Below, in pieces: positions 1-12,885 of a stretch of 64,000 bases of DNA. The notes below the pieces were generated by a model. That model searched no databases and was not told the origin of the DNA. It worked only from the letters and a program-made list of their open reading frames with translations. This DNA comes from Paraphysomonas bandaiensis (taxonomy: Eukaryota > Protista > Chrysophyceae). The translations under genes were made by a program, and so were the position numbers. The first letter of the stretch is position 1. Every line of letters starts with the position of its first letter. The DNA lies in NCBI GenBank assembly GCA_965644295.1, contig CBFFRP010000053.1, forward strand, positions 1 through 64,000. Direction: 5' to 3'.

Positions 1-624
1 CTCAGACAGGAAGTAAGAGTTACCTCATAGGGGAAGAGGAAGTGGCCGTATACGCCGACAGCGTGTTGTATCTGTTGACTCCAATGCTGATAATGTATCT
101 GACTATATGAAGAAACGAACTAAAGCAGAGATGAAAGCAGCATACAAGCAAAGGTTGGCCATATTACTGTGTGGTGTAAAACAGAGTACCCTGAAGCTCT
201 GATGATGATGAAAATTTGAAGATTCCATTCCCGAAAGACATCTGTCTGATTACTTTGGCCATATGTAGAACTCAGCAAAGGCAATAGATGACTACAAGAA
301 AGACATCAATGAACTGAAGAAGAAAAAACTCAAAAAGAAGAAGGGGTTTAAAGTCCGTTAACAATGAATGACTGTACGATTTTAGCGACGAAGATGATGT
401 TAATGGTACCATTGCAGGCAGTTGGTCCGATATCTTGTTCATGTGGGAATATTTTGTACTGATGTGGAATTTGATGAGTAGATCTGATTCAGTAGCTTCC
501 TTGATGATTTAACTTTTTGACTGGAAAGGTGACTCAATGCTTGTTCAAGACCAAGGACACAAAGCGGACAGGAAAGTCAGTGACAAAAAAGGGCATCATG
601 CAAGACAATGAATGTAATGTGCAA

Positions 625-795
625 TGGTGGAAAACATTTAACTGACAAGATGGTCAGATTATTCACTTCGTTCCAAAGGATTGGAGATTTACAGCCAGAA
701 TACCATTGATCTGTCTGTATGATTTATGGTTCTATGGAGATAGGGTGAGCTGAATAAGACCATATCGTCTCATAAGTCGTCGGTTTGACGTTTGA
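625..795 (+). pseudogene. Crypton-like C-terminal domain remnant (repeated in every unit)
   Basis: Translates WWKTFN*QDGQIIHFVPKDWRFTARIPLICLYDLWFYGDRVS*IRPYRLISRRFDV* with in-frame stops. This fits the H-x-VP-x-x-W/F-x-F...W-x-x-G...I-x-P-Y/F-R pattern I recall from oomycete/diatom Crypton proteins. Confidence 0.65.
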
Positions 796-1949
796 CATAC
801 AGATGAGTGATGTTATTGCTTTTACTCGAGCTAGTACAGTGCGTGATGTCATTTGTTAATACTATCGTGAGTGATAATGGGCTGCTGCCAGATGGATACA
901 GCAACTTCAATAATGTTCCTGCACGTGCTAATAATGATGAATATATTCTAGTGTGCTGGATATAATTTTGAATTTCGTACGTAGCTTGTACAATGAAATC
1001 TGCATGTTGAATCGTGTACGGCATTGATAAATGATAGTTCTTTAATTTTAAGTAGTGCATATCAAAAGCTACAATTTCTTAGCTACAACAGCACCGTCAT
1101 CTTGATAACTAGTAAACAACTCTACACGGTATGATCTTATACATACACACACATCTTATATACGACAACACCTTCATACATACATACATACATACATACA
1201 TACATACACATCTTATCTACGACATCACCTTAATCTTGATGAATGATATATGTAAACCTCAGTCATATTTACAGGACACAACAGATCATTACGAGTGATA
1301 CAGCATTAGGAGTCATATGGTCGACAGTATCGTCACTGGTTGGGTCGTAAGAGGCGTCCCTGTACCACATACATACACTCTCACCACCCCCACAACTCAT
1401 CCACACTCTCATATTACTCATATGTTATCCTTATAGAGGAAGTCCTCATATGGATGATCACCACCAGCTCCACTAACAACATCGTCACAGTCATCTAACG
1501 GATACTATGCTTCCACAGCTCCATTAATGCAGATACACCATATAAAATAACATACTCAGGAGCGCATTAGTGGTGAACGCTTCTGGTTCAGTTATATGAC
1601 TATTCAGGGTGCTCCATGCAGTCTATGCATGTATGTGTGTGTGGGTGTTCTGTATGTATATGTGTGTATCTGCTGCGGTATTATTCATATGATCATACGA
1701 GTCTCTCTCCTCATGAGGAGCACACACCACTATACACCACTATGACCACACACTGTTGATAGTCCTCACTCGTGTCTGTGAGTAGAGGCAGCAGCAGAGC
1801 CTCTGAATCATGTACTCATATATGCATATATCCATATCACATTCACTTCGAAGTGAGCCAGAGATATACACTCTTATACGCACACGTATACCAATGTATT
1901 CCATATACACAGTATACAGAGAATACGTAGCTTCACAGTTGTAGCAAAA

Positions 1950-2124
1950 AGCTTCACATATGCACTCATTATATGTATGGACTGCATATGTGAAGCTCCA
2001 TGGGTTTTTTCCTCATCTAAAAACCCCTAGTGTGAAGCCAAAAGCTTCACATATGCCTCGAATACGGACAAATATATAGTAGATAATCATATTCAATGCA
2101 TATGTGAAGCTTTAGGCTTCACAC
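1950..2124. repeat. Subterminal inverted repeats at the element junction
   Basis: Perfect 15-bp IR at 1950-1964 / 1983-1997 with an 18-bp spacer containing TATGG. Second 27-bp IR (1 mismatch) at 2030-2056 / 2098-2124 built from the same GCTTCACATATGC motif. Present at all three junctions. Confidence 0.9.
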
Positions 2125-2277
2125 AAAAACTGGCACTTTTATATAATAAAAATACCATTTTACAGGGAAATAGCCACTTTATTAATTGTAAAACACTGTT
2201 AGAATACTCTACTATTCTCCTTGAACATGACAGCCGTTAGTGGCATATATCAATATTCGACCATACTTACTGCAAAC

Positions 2278-2560
2278 ATGAGTGAGACAGACTCAGACAG
2301 GAAGTAAGAGTTACCTCATAGGGGAAGAGGAAGTGGCCGTATACGCCGACAGCGTGTTGTATCTGTTGACTCCAATGCTGATAATGTATCTGACTATATG
2401 AAGAAACGAACTAAAGCAGAGATGAAAGCAGCATACAAGCAAAGGTTGGCCATATTACTGTGTGGTGTAACACAGAGTACCCTGAAGCTCTGATGATGAT
2501 GAAAATTTGAAGATTCCATTCCCGAAAGACATCTGTCTGATTACTTTGGCCATATGTAGA
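2278..2560 (+). pseudogene. Crypton-like N-terminal remnant (frameshifted)
   Basis: ATG at 2278: MSETDSDRK*...DYMKKRTKAEMKAAYKQRLA, then frameshifted WCNTEYPEAL and LKIPFPKDI/DYFGH. Resembles the helical N-terminal region preceding the tyrosine-recombinase core. No catalytic-core sequence recognised in the unit. Confidence 0.45.
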
Positions 2561-5500
2561 ACTCAGCAAAGGCAATAGATGACTACAAGAAAGACATCAA
2601 TGAACTGAAGAAGAAAAAACTCAAAAAGAAGAAGGGGTTTAAAGTCCGTTAACAATGAATGACTGTACGATTTTAGCGACGAAGATGATGTTAATGGTAC
2701 CATTGCAGGCAGTTGGTCCGATATCTTGTTCATGTGGGAATATTTTGTACTGATGTGGAATTTGATGAGTAGATCTGATTCAGTAGCTTCCTTGATGATT
2801 TAACTTTTTGACTGGAAAGGTGACTCAATGCTTGTTCAAGACCAAGGACACAAAGCGGACAGGAAAGTCAGTGACAAAAAAGGGCATCATGCAAGACAAT
2901 GAATGTAATGTGCAATGGTGGAAAACATTTAACTGACAAGATGGTCAGATTATTCACTTCGTTCCAAAGGATTGGAGATTTACAGCCAGAATACCATTGA
3001 TCTGTCTGTATGATTTATGGTTCTATGGAGATAGGGTGAGCTGAATAAGACCATATCGTCTCATAAGTCGTCGGTTTGACGTTTGACATACAGATGAGTG
3101 ATGTTATTGCTTTTACTCGAGCTAGTACAGTGCGTGATGTCATTTGTTAATACTATCGTGAGTGATAATGGGCTGCTGCCAGATGGATACAGCAACTTCA
3201 ATAATGTTCCTGCACGTGCTAATAATGATGAATATATTCTAGTGTGCTGGATATAATTTTGAATTTCGTACGTAGCTTGTACAATGAAATCTGCATGTTG
3301 AATCGTGTACGGCATTGATAAATGATAGTTCTTTAATTTTAAGTAGTGCATATCAAAAGCTACAATTTCTTAGCTACAACAGCACCGTCATCTTGATAAC
3401 TAGTAAACAACTCTACACGGTATGATCTTATACATACACACACATCTTATATACGACAACACCTTCATACATACATACATACATACATACATACATACAC
3501 ATCTTATCTACGACATCACCTTAATCTTGATGAATGATATATGTAAACCTCAGTCATATTTACAGGACACAACAGATCATTACGAGTGATACAGCATTAG
3601 GAGTCATATGGTCGACAGTATCGTCACTGGTTGGGTCGTAAGAGGCGTCCCTGTACCACATACATACACTCTCACCACCCCCACAACTCATCCACACTCT
3701 CATATTACTCATATGTTATCCTTATAGAGGAAGTCCTCATATGGATGATCACCACCAGCTCCACTAACAACATCGTCACAGTCATCTAACGGATACTATG
3801 CTTCCACAGCTCCATTAATGCAGATACACCATATAAAATAACATACTCAGGAGCGCATTAGTGGTGAACGCTTCTGGTTCAGTTATATGACTATTCAGGG
3901 TGCTCCATGCAGTCTATGCATGTATGTGTGTGTGGGTGTTCTGTATGTATATGTGTGTATCTGCTGCGGTATTATTCATATGATCATACGAGTCTCTCTC
4001 CTCATGAGGAGCACACACCACTATACACCACTATGACCACACACTGTTGATAGTCCTCACTCGTGTCTGTGAGTAGAGGCAGCAGCAGAGCCTCTGAATC
4101 ATGTACTCATATATGCATATATCCATATCACATTCACTTCGAAGTGAGCCAGAGATATACACTCTTATACGCACACGTATACCAATGTATTCCATATACA
4201 CAGTATACAGAGAATACGTAGCTTCACAGTTGTAGCAAAAAGCTTCACATATGCACTCATTATATGTATGGACTGCATATGTGAAGCTCCATGGGTTTTT
4301 TCCTCATCTAAAAACCCCTAGTGTGAAGCCAAAAGCTTCACATATGCCTCGAATACGGACAAATATATAGTAGATAATCATATTCAATGCATATGTGAAG
4401 CTTTAGGCTTCACACAAAAACTGGCACTTTTATATAATAAAAATACCATTTTACAGGGAAATAGCCACTTTATTAATTGTAAAACACTGTTAGAATACTC
4501 TACTATTCTCCTTGAACATGACAGCCGTTAGTGGCATATATCAATATTCGACCATACTTACTGCAAACATGAGTGAGACAGACTCAGACAGGAAGTAAGA
4601 GTTACCTCATAGGGGAAGAGGAAGTGGCCGTATACGCCGACAGCGTGTTGTATCTGTTGACTCCAATGCTGATAATGTATCTGACTATATGAAGAAACGA
4701 ACTAAAGCAGAGATGAAAGCAGCATACAAGCAAAGGTTGGCCATATTACTGTGTGGTGTAACACAGAGTACCCTGAAGCTCTGATGATGATGAAAATTTG
4801 AAGATTCCATTCCCGAAAGACATCTGTCTGATTACTTTGGCCATATGTAGAACTCAGCAAAGGCAATAGATGACTACAAGAAAGACATCAATGAACTGAA
4901 GAAGAAAAAACTCAAAAAGAAGAAGGGGTTTAAAGTCCGTTAACAATGAATGACTGTACGATTTTAGCGACGAAGATGATGTTAATGGTACCATTGCAGG
5001 CAGTTGGTCCGATATCTTGTTCATGTGGGAATATTTTGTACTGATGTGGAATTTGATGAGTAGATCTGATTCAGTAGCTTCCTTGATGATTTAACTTTTT
5101 GACTGGAAAGGTGACTCAATGCTTGTTCAAGACCAAGGACACAAAGCGGACAGGAAAGTCAGTGACAAAAAAGGGCATCATGCAAGACAATGAATGTAAT
5201 GTGCAATGGTGGAAAACATTTAACTGACAAGATGGTCAGATTATTCACTTCGTTCCAAAGGATTGGAGATTTACAGCCAGAATACCATTGATCTGTCTGT
5301 ATGATTTATGGTTCTATGGAGATAGGGTGAGCTGAATAAGACCATATCGTCTCATAAGTCGTCGGTTTGACGTTTGACATACAGATGAGTGATGTTATTG
5401 CTTTTACTCGAGCTAGTACAGTGCGTGATGTCATTTGTTAATACTATCGTGAGTGATAATGGGCTGCTGCCAGATGGATACAGCAACTTCAATAATGTTC

Positions 5501-8500
5501 CTGCACGTGCTAATAATGATGAATATATTCTAGTGTGCTGGATATAATTTTGAATTTCGTACGTAGCTTGTACAATGAAATCTGCATGTTGAATCGTGTA
5601 CGGCATTGATAAATGATAGTTCTTTAATTTTAAGTAGTGCATATCAAAAGCTACAATTTCTTAGCTACAACAGCACCGTCATCTTGATAACTAGTAAACA
5701 ACTCTACACGGTATGATCTTATACATACACACACATCTTATATACGACAACACCTTCATACATACATACATACATACATACATACATACACATCTTATCT
5801 ACGACATCACCTTAATCTTGATGAATGATATATGTAAACCTCAGTCATATTTACAGGACACAACAGATCATTACGAGTGATACAGCATTAGGAGTCATAT
5901 GGTCGACAGTATCGTCACTGGTTGGGTCGTAAGAGGCGTCCCTGTACCACATACATACACTCTCACCACCCCCACAACTCATCCACACTCTCATATTACT
6001 CATATGTTATCCTTATAGAGGAAGTCCTCATATGGATGATCACCACCAGCTCCACTAACAACATCGTCACAGTCATCTAACGGATACTATGCTTCCACAG
6101 CTCCATTAATGCAGATACACCATATAAAATAACATACTCAGGAGCGCATTAGTGGTGAACGCTTCTGGTTCAGTTATATGACTATTCAGGGTGCTCCATG
6201 CAGTCTATGCATGTATGTGTGTGTGGGTGTTCTGTATGTATATGTGTGTATCTGCTGCGGTATTATTCATATGATCATACGAGTCTCTCTCCTCATGAGG
6301 AGCACACACCACTATACACCACTATGACCACACACTGTTGATAGTCCTCACTCGTGTCTGTGAGTAGAGGCAGCAGCAGAGCCTCTGAATCATGTACTCA
6401 TATATGCATATATCCATATCACATTCACTTCGAAGTGAGCCAGAGATATACACTCTTATACGCACACGTATACCAATGTATTCCATATACACAGTATACA
6501 GAGAATACGTAGCTTCACAGTTGTAGCAAAAAGCTTCACATATGCACTCATTATATGTATGGACTGCATATGTGAAGCTCCATGGGTTTTTTCCTCATCT
6601 AAAAACCCCTAGTGTGAAGCCAAAAGCTTCACATATGCCTCGAATACGGACAAATATATAGTAGATAATCATATTCAATGCATATGTGAAGCTTTAGGCT
6701 TCACACAAAAACTGGCACTTTTATATAATAAAAATACCATTTTACAGGGAAATAGCCACTTTATTAATTGTAAAACACTGTTAGAATACTCTACTATTCT
6801 CCTTGAACATGACAGCCGTTAGTGGCATATATCAATATTCGACCATACTTACTGCAAACATGAGTGAGACAGACTCAGACAGGAAGTAAGAGTTACCTCA
6901 TAGGGGAAGAGGAAGTGGCCGTATACGCCGACAGCGTGTTGTATCTGTTGACTCCAATGCTGATAATGTATCTGACTATATGAAGAAACGAACTAAAGCA
7001 GAGATGAAAGCAGCATACAAGCAAAGGTTGGCCATATTACTGTGTGGTGTAACACAGAGTACCCTGAAGCTCTGATGATGATGAAAATTTGAAGATTCCA
7101 TTCCCGAAAGACATCTGTCTGATTACTTTGGCCATATGTAGAACTCAGCAAAGGCAATAGATGACTACAAGAAAGACATCAATGAACTGAAGAAGAAAAA
7201 ACTCAAAAAGAAGAAGGGGTTTAAAGTCCGTTAACAATGAATGACTGTACGATTTTAGCGACGAAGATGATGTTAATGGTACCATTGCAGGCAGTTGGTC
7301 CGATATCTTGTTCATGTGGGAATATTTTGTACTGATGTGGAATTTGATGAGTAGATCTGATTCAGTAGCTTCCTTGATGATTTAACTTTTTGACTGGAAA
7401 GGTGACTCAATGCTTGTTCAAGACCAAGGACACAAAGCGGACAGGAAAGTCAGTGACAAAAAAGGGCATCATGCAAGACAATGAATGTAATGTGCAATGG
7501 TGGAAAACATTTAACTGACAAGATGGTCAGATTATTCACTTCGTTCCAAAGGATTGGAGATTTACAGCCAGAATACCATTGATCTGTCTGTATGATTTAT
7601 GGTTCTATGGAGATAGGGTGAGCTGAATAAGACCATATCGTCTCATAAGTCGTCGGTTTGACGTTTGACATACAGATGAGTGATGTTATTGCTTTTACTC
7701 GAGCTAGTACAGTGCGTGATGTCATTTGTTAATACTATCGTGAGTGATAATGGGCTGCTGCCAGATGGATACAGCAACTTCAATAATGTTCCTGCACGTG
7801 CTAATAATGATGAATATATTCTAGTGTGCTGGATATAATTTTGAATTTCGTACGTAGCTTGTACAATGAAATCTGCATGTTGAATCGTGTACGGCATTGA
7901 TAAATGATAGTTCTTTAATTTTAAGTAGTGCATATCAAAAGCTACAATTTCTTAGCTACAACAGCACCGTCATCTTGATAACTAGTAAACAACTCTACAC
8001 GGTATGATCTTATACATACACACACATCTTATATACGACAACACCTTCATACATACATACATACATACATACATACATACATACACATCTTATCTACGAC
8101 ATCACCTTAATCTTGATGAATGATATATGTAAACCTCAGTCATATTTACAGGACACAACAGATCATTACGAGTGATACAGCATTAGGAGTCATATGGTCG
8201 ACAGTATCGTCACTGGTTGGGTCGTAAGAGGCGTCCCTGTACCACATACATACACTCTCACCACCCCCACAACTCATCCACACTCTCATATTACTCATAT
8301 GTTATCCTTATAGAGGAAGTCCTCATATGGATGATCACCACCAGCTCCACTAACAACATCGTCACAGTCATCTAACGGATACTATGCTTCCACAGCTCCA
8401 TTAATGCAGATACACCATATAAAATAACATACTCAGGAGCGCATTAGTGGTGAACGCTTCTGGTTCAGTTATATGACTATTCAGGGTGCTCCATGCAGTC

Positions 8501-8846
8501 TATGCATGTATGTGTGTGTGGGTGTTCTGTATGTATATGTGTGTATCTGCTGCGGTATTATTCATATGATCATACGAGTCTCTCTCCTCATGAGGAGCAC
8601 ACACCACTATACACCACTATGACCACACACTGTTGATAGTCCTCACTCGTGTCTGTGAGTAGAGGCAGCAGCAGAGCCTCTGAATCATGTACTCATATAT
8701 GCATATATCCATATCACATTCACTTCGAAGTGAGCCAGAGATATACACTCTTATACGCACACGTATACCAATGTATTCCATATACACAGTATACAGAGAA
8801 TACGTAGCTTCACAGTTGTAGCAAAAAGCTTCACATATGCACTCAT

Positions 8847-8848
<2 letters not shown>

Positions 8849-8878
<30 letters not shown>

Positions 8879-9303
8879 TGTATGTATGTACGTAGGTCGG
8901 TAGGTATGTATGTATGTATGTATGTATGTATGTATGTATGTATGTATGTATGTATGTATGTATGTATGTATGTATGTATGTATGTATGTATGTATGTATG
9001 TATGTATGTATGTATGTATGTATGTATGTATGTATGTATGTATGTATGTATGTATGTATGTATGTATGTATGTATGTATGTATGTATGTATGTATGTATG
9101 TATGTATGTATGTATGTATGTATGTATGTATGTATGTATGTATGTATGTATGTATGTATGTATGTATGTATGTATGTATGTATGTATGTATGTATGTATG
9201 TATGTATGTATGTATGTATGTATGTATGTACGTAGGTCGGTATGTATGTATGTATGTATGTATGTATGTATGTATGTATGTACGTAGGTCGGTAGGTATG
9301 TAT
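8849..9303 (+). repeat. (TATG)n microsatellite with three CGTAGGTCGG interruptions
   Basis: Read directly; interruptions near 8891, 9231 and 9283. Confidence 0.98.
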
Positions 9304-9398
9304 AGTTGGCTGTATCCACAGAGAGCGATAACATCACTTTCACTGACTTGCACTTCATTAACGTACACTCCCATAGTATCGAGTGCATTGGTGTGACT

Positions 9399-11323
9399 AT
9401 GAATACACTTCATATTCGATACCTTATACTCTTACTATACACTATCTACTACTGTGAATCAGAGGAAAAACACGCATCATGCGAATATGATTTCAAAGTC
9501 TATGTATACCCACTCCCCAACTATCTCCCTACAGTGGTATGTATGTACATATATATCACACCATACATACATACATACGTACATACATACATACATACAT
9601 ACATATGCATCATGTCTAACTAAGAGTATATAGCATTTAGGAGAGGAGGCTCGTCGTAACCGCACATATCATGTATGTGCTAACTGCATCTATGTACGTA
9701 CCTCTATCGATGTACATATCCATACATACATAACATACACACACATATATATATGTATATACAGGAGCAGTTCTCGTTGGAGTATATTATACAAGATTTC
9801 TTTCAAAACTTTTGTGGCCGTACAATGAATCCTGATGAAGCGGATTATTTCTATCTTCCTATTATTAGAGATGTATGTAACCGTCTTGACATTACAGTTC
9901 AATTAATTATATATGTATGTGTATGTGTGTATATCAGATTGAATATCGGATTGAAAAAGAAGTCCACAATAATAAGAGTCCTTCTGTCACAGAATTGACG
10001 TTATTAGAAGCCATGGAAAAGAATTCAACAACAATGTGGCGTAGGGTTTTTAATATTACAGACAAGTATTGGAATCGCCACTTTGGATCTGATCACATAA
10101 TAGTTATGCCTGCTCCGGTCACGAACTTGCGCCACGAAAGTAGTCGCAGAGGTTTTTTTCATTACATGTCTCACCTCCATCGTCCTATATTCCTTAATAT
10201 TGAATACTCTGAATCGTTTGTCGTGGAGTATCCTGTGTGTGCAACAAAAAAAAATATAGTGATGCCCTATCCTTCGGTTGACCCCGACATTTTTAATGGG
10301 AAAACAGTGCGATCAAAGAGCCCTGCACAAGGTCGAACTCATCTGTTGTTCTATCGTGGTGGTAACCATGGAGAGTGCATGGCTATTCGGGGTGCGCTGA
10401 ATTCACTCGTACGTGCTTCAAGTTTTCGACGCAATGTGCACAGGGCTCAGGGATACCTGAGTGCTGTGTTTTGTCCAGTTCCAGTTGGGGATTCACCATC
10501 GTCCAAGCGCATGTATGACGCGATGAATCTCGGCTGCGTACCTGTTTTACTCTCAGACGATGCCGTGTGGGCGTACTCCAAGCTGACTGGTGGCACATTG
10601 CGGCCTCCTCTCTTTTCTGTGCGACTGCCACAGAAGGTATACTCCCCTATATGCATTTCCTATTTATCAGGCCTGAACGGTTTCGTAGATTGTGCTGTGC
10701 ACTACGGCGGATTTATTAAGCTGCCTCGGAGTTAGTGAAGGTGATATTCATGAGCACCCCTACTCCAACCGGCTGCCTGGTACTGGGACTACTGTGGGGC
10801 AGATTGTTCTTGAGATATCTAGGGACGCAGTCGCCGCATCAGATAGCGCAGGGTATATGGATCAGGCACCTACCCCTAACACCACAGCAGTGAACGCTTT
10901 AGTAGAATTTTTACGCAGAATTCCTATTACCGATGTTACGGCCTTGCAGAGAGGAGTAAAGACCTTTTCTTCCGCTTTCAGATATTACCAGTACAACTCT
11001 TCTATAACCCATATTCCAATCAGCCATCATATGTATCCTGACGGCGGGGCCATTTCTCACATGGCGTGGAGACTGTCGAAGCTAAAGCGGGACGGTATAG
11101 CTACTGTAGGAACCCAATGCCAGGTGAGGATATATGATTACTCTATATGACCTTATTGACTGCTGTATTCAATTGTGCTTAGGAAGAAAGGCTGAGAAAG
11201 GGACACGAATATATTGGCAATTATCCATGCGAAGTAAAAGGCAACAACAAGAAGCAGAATAAGACACGGAATCGCCGGCACAGATTACAAAAGTTAAGAC
11301 AAGCTCGCATTGATGCCGAATAG
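9399..11323 (+). CDS. Exostosin-family (GT47) glycosyltransferase, multi-exon
   Basis: Signal/anchor MNTLHIRYLILLLY; FKVYVYPL; RTMNPDEADYFYLP; YWNRHFGSDHI; FCPVPVGDSPSSKRMYDAMNLGCVPVLLSD. GT-AG introns join the ORF pieces; stop TAG at 11321-11323. Confidence 0.88.
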
Positions 11324-11596
11324 TGTTGCAGATAGTATGCTAGTTTTCTTGTAGCAAAACAGTTCTCCCTTACATTTGTTCCAATAGATTCATTATAACA
11401 ATGTTAGGACCACTGGATGGGGTCCTATATTGTCTATAGTTATAACCGCAGTCATCGGATGTGCTTGTAGTCGTCACGTATGAATATTATTAGTGATGTC
11501 AGTAGCTTAAATTAATATATTTTCTGTTGCTGTTCTAGTCTTCTTTATTCAACAGCACTTTTACCCTGTCAGTGGTGCTATCGAATAGGTATAATG

Positions 11597-12397
11597 CAGG
11601 GATAGGGAACAATATATTGCAATACTATTGTTAGATAGCGTTCCATCAATAGTATTGATGGATTTTTTAAACCGGTCCTACAATACAATTACAATATATT
11701 GCAATATATTGTCAATGTATTGCGATATATTAGTTTGACTAATCAGTAGGTAAACACATCCGTAGATTTCATTTTTAGTATTAGTCATTAAGATCACATG
11801 ACAACCAAACCAACTGCTGCTTATAGCTACTAAAATTTCACCTCGTCCTCATCCTCTGAGCCATCATCGGTGAAGTCAACATCACCATATTCATCCACAG
11901 AATTAACTGAAATATGCTAGTATCCGGCCATAACTGTCGAAGAGCTTTCTAAAACAACAGCATATTAAGTAGGATGGATACTTTTGCGCAACACTGATAT
12001 AATATGTTTAGCTGTGCTGAACAGACGTTCCCATGTATTGGAAGCACATACCAAGGCCAGGCAACCGTTAATGACTCTTGGATCTGTACGTTTCTTAATT
12101 TTTTGAGCTGACTGAAGATTTTTAGTCGCATATAGTCAACATCAGCTTCATTATCCTTTGTAATGTTGTAATCAATTTCTCGGTTATTTATATCCATTTT
12201 GCACCCTACAGTTGAGAATCTTCTCTTATATGACTATCATAATATTGATTGCAATATATTGCAATAGTATTGTGAGCTCTTTTAGCAGAAACACTATTGA
12301 TGGAATATTTGACCAGTCCACCAATCAATATATTCTACAATATATTGCAATACATTGTACAATGTATTGCAATACAATATATTGTTCCCTATCCCTG
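11597..12397 (-). mobile_element. hAT-superfamily non-autonomous element (801 bp)
   Basis: TIR CAGGGATAGGGAACAATATATTG at both ends. Perfect 8-bp TSD GTATAATG (11589-11596, 12398-12405). Subterminal ATATTGCAAT repeats. Minus-strand remnant SNT(W)ERLFSTAKHIISVLRKS...NMLLF resembles the hAT C-terminal dimerisation region. Confidence 0.92.
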
Positions 12398-12885
12398 GTA
12401 TAATGTGTATAGTGTATAAATCAGTTGAGAGATGTATATGTATTCGGCCCACTTATTCAGGGCCAAACTCTCTAGAAGAGAATATTATCAAATGAACTGT
12501 GAATTTTGAATAAACTTAACAGTGGGTCACGGCATATGCTTGATTGTGGCATGCATGCAATAACTTCACGTTTCACGTTATATGAACTAGAAATCTATAA
12601 TCTATAAGCATTCAAGTCAATACGATAATTGAGTTTGCTTCTACCAACGATTAATCACGTTTTGTGTTATGTTTATAGTAGAGAAACATCACTAGCTGAG
12701 TACTAAGAATAATTGTAATATTTTAATTGGTTAGAATCCAGTCTATTTTTTGCTAATTGACAATTGTGTCGTTAACGCAAAAAATGGGCGCTTAACGTAT
12801 AGCCCGTGTGATATTATTATCACTACAGCATAATAAGCAAGATTACATATTTTACCAGCAATTCAGTGCCAAACTAAGCGTAGTA

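Larger units (their letters stand above)
1..8856 (+). mobile_element. Tandem array (3 full copies + 1 copy truncated by the window edge) of a 2291-bp non-autonomous Crypton-like (CryptonS-type) DNA transposon; unit starts at 1976, 4267, 6558
   Basis: Exact 2291-bp period (the same ORF at 770/3061/5352/7643). Only differences noticed: a/c at 180 and one extra CATA unit in the last copy. Each junction reads AGCTTCACATATGCA-ctcattatatg-TATGG-ac-TGCATATGTGAAGCT. Degenerate + strand coding remnants resemble the N- and C-terminal regions of stramenopile Crypton proteins. Confidence 0.75.

Noticed and set aside
770-1060. 96-aa minus-strand ORF repeated four times
   Set aside because: Antisense to the degenerate Crypton-like coding remnant; it recurs only because the unit is repeated, and has no recognisable motif.
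1-8856. rDNA/5S/snRNA tandem array, CRISPR array or Helitron interpretation
   Set aside because: No rRNA or snRNA sequence recognised, no repeat-spacer structure, and no TC...CTRR ends. The coding remnant and TATGG junction fit Crypton better, although a Helentron-type element cannot be fully excluded without a search.
8849-9303. Telomeric repeat
   Set aside because: TATG tracts are internal, occur in both orientations and in introns, and lack a G-run telomere motif.
8751-9413. IHTY/MYVC repeat ORFs (also 18494-18688, 24813-25148, 43197-43936)
   Set aside because: Stop-free translations of (CATA/TATG)n microsatellites.
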